A DNA stretch of 63,980 bases, filler included, from Asterionella formosa (lineage: Eukaryota), in NCBI GenBank assembly GCA_002256025.1. It is 19 parts of 19 records of this genome, joined end to end, with 100 filler letters (N's around TTAATTAATTAA, not from the genome) between each part and the next. Parts side by side here need not be neighbours in the genome. Positions count along the whole stretch, not along the records: positions 62,150 to 63,980 come from NKIB01001076.1; 18 more parts are not named here. One strand, 5' to 3'. Each line of letters opens with the position of its first letter. Positions within the stretch are counted from its first letter, which is position 1. The notes beneath the pieces are model-generated. The model had not been told where the DNA came from and made no database searches. It saw nothing but the letters and a program-made list of their open reading frames with translations. Both the position numbers and the translations under genes were made by a program. Below are positions 63,105 through 63,980 of this stretch, one piece after another.

Positions 63105-63440
63105 GTCCTAGTACCTGGTACGGTAGCTAGTAGTGCGACGCCCTCACGAGGAATTCTTTTGTAGACTGCCACGTCCCTGGTACACCGGTTACGCCGTACT
63201 CGTCCTTGTTCGGTGTGTTTGTATGCACCAGTACCTGGTACCCCTGGTACCGGTAGTGCGACAACACGAGGAATTCTACCAGGTACCGGGGTTACCAGGT
63301 ACTGGTACGCCGTACTGGTAGCATATGTCTGCACTGCGGTACCAGTTAGCATACCAGTACCGGTAACCAGTAGTAGGCTATGCTTAGAGTTCGATGCTGC
63401 CATGGTACCTGGTACCAGGTACTCCTACCAGGTAGGAGTA
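63105..63440. repeat. Dense GGTACC/CCWGG palindromic repeat cluster upstream of the PPP phosphatase gene
   Basis: Many ACCWGGTAC/ACCGGTAC units. Palindrome GTACCTGGTACCAGGTAC at 63405-63422 and hairpin TACTCCTACC-A-GGTAGGAGTA at 63420-63440. Confidence 0.88.
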
Positions 63441-63545
63441 TTCCCTACTTGTTCGCACCGTACTAAAACTCCATCATCACTAATCGGCATTGAACTACAT
63501 ATTGAGGCAGCACAAGGACAACGGAAGTGTACTCAATGATACGAA

Positions 63546-63980
63546 ATGTCTTCCGTTCACGCTGATTTAGATGCTCAGATTGAGAAGTTACGAAATGGGG
63601 ATACGCTAGCAGAACATGAAGTGAAGCTTCTCTGTGACAAGGTGCGTTGTGGTGTCATTCTCCTACCGAAGTTACCGGGAGCTCTCTCTTTCTCTGACTA
63701 GTGTTGGTGGCAGGGAGAGATGAGTCGCGTAGCCTCTTGGTACTAATTTCACGTGGGCGCTTTGTGGTGAACAAGTGCTTCCGCGAAACTAGGATGGATA
63801 GTGAGAGTACATACCGTTGGAATTATCTCGACTCGACATGATTCTTCTGATGCATGATTGTTGCTTCTATTACGCCACAGGCCAAACAAGTTCTTCAAGA
63901 GGAATCAAATGTTCAGCCTGTGCAGGCACCAGTGACAGTGTGTGGCGACATTCATGGACAGTTTTATGATTTAGCAGAAT
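63546..63980 (+). CDS. Ser/Thr protein phosphatase catalytic subunit, PP2A/PP4 family, 5' part; exons 63546-63641, 63881->63980
   Basis: [48 protein letters not shown] contains the GDxHGQ PPP motif. The intron is GTGCGT..ACAG in phase 0. Confidence 0.95.

Noticed and set aside
63011..63539. ORFs rich in VPGT/YQV/WY (also 4602-4811, 5159-5454, 46630-47008)
   Set aside because: These are translations of the GGTACCW repeat, not proteins.
33145..63980. Apparent gene cluster (methyltransferase, MORN, SET, La, AKR, CNNM, phosphatase, transposases)
   Set aside because: Each gene lies on a separate unlinked contig, so adjacency carries no information.

Overview
Eukaryotic nuclear DNA, most likely a diatom. 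This is inferred from short GT-AG introns, a plastid-targeting-like leader, diatom-type CxHC repeat domains and CoDi-like Copia elements. The window is NOT one locus: it concatenates 19 unlinked pieces joined by artificial 100-bp spacers (N44-TTAATTAATTAA-N44). One piece is a ~29.2-kb scaffold (3876-33044, internal gap 12436-12858); the other 18 are length-sorted ~1.83-kb contigs. The scaffold carries a 1037-aa protein with three Cys/His domains, a low-complexity protein, a DnaJ-membrane fusion, a six-exon BRWD/PHIP-type WD40-bromodomain gene and a TPX2-motif protein. The small contigs hold partial or short genes (MORN, SET, La-motif, KOW-like, aldo-keto reductase, CNNM/DUF21, PP2A-family, a possible N6-adenine methyltransferase-like protein) and decayed transposons (Copia x3, Gypsy, Harbinger, Plavaka, pogo-like). 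Most notable: (1) a highly iterated palindromic (GGTACCW)n motif clustered upstream of gene starts across unlinked contigs; (2) a tRNA-headed, hairpin-rich SINE-like element; (3) a recent exon+intron tandem duplication in the BRWD gene; (4) a truncated ORF with bacterial-type amino-methyltransferase motifs. All family calls are by-eye motif recognition, not database searches.
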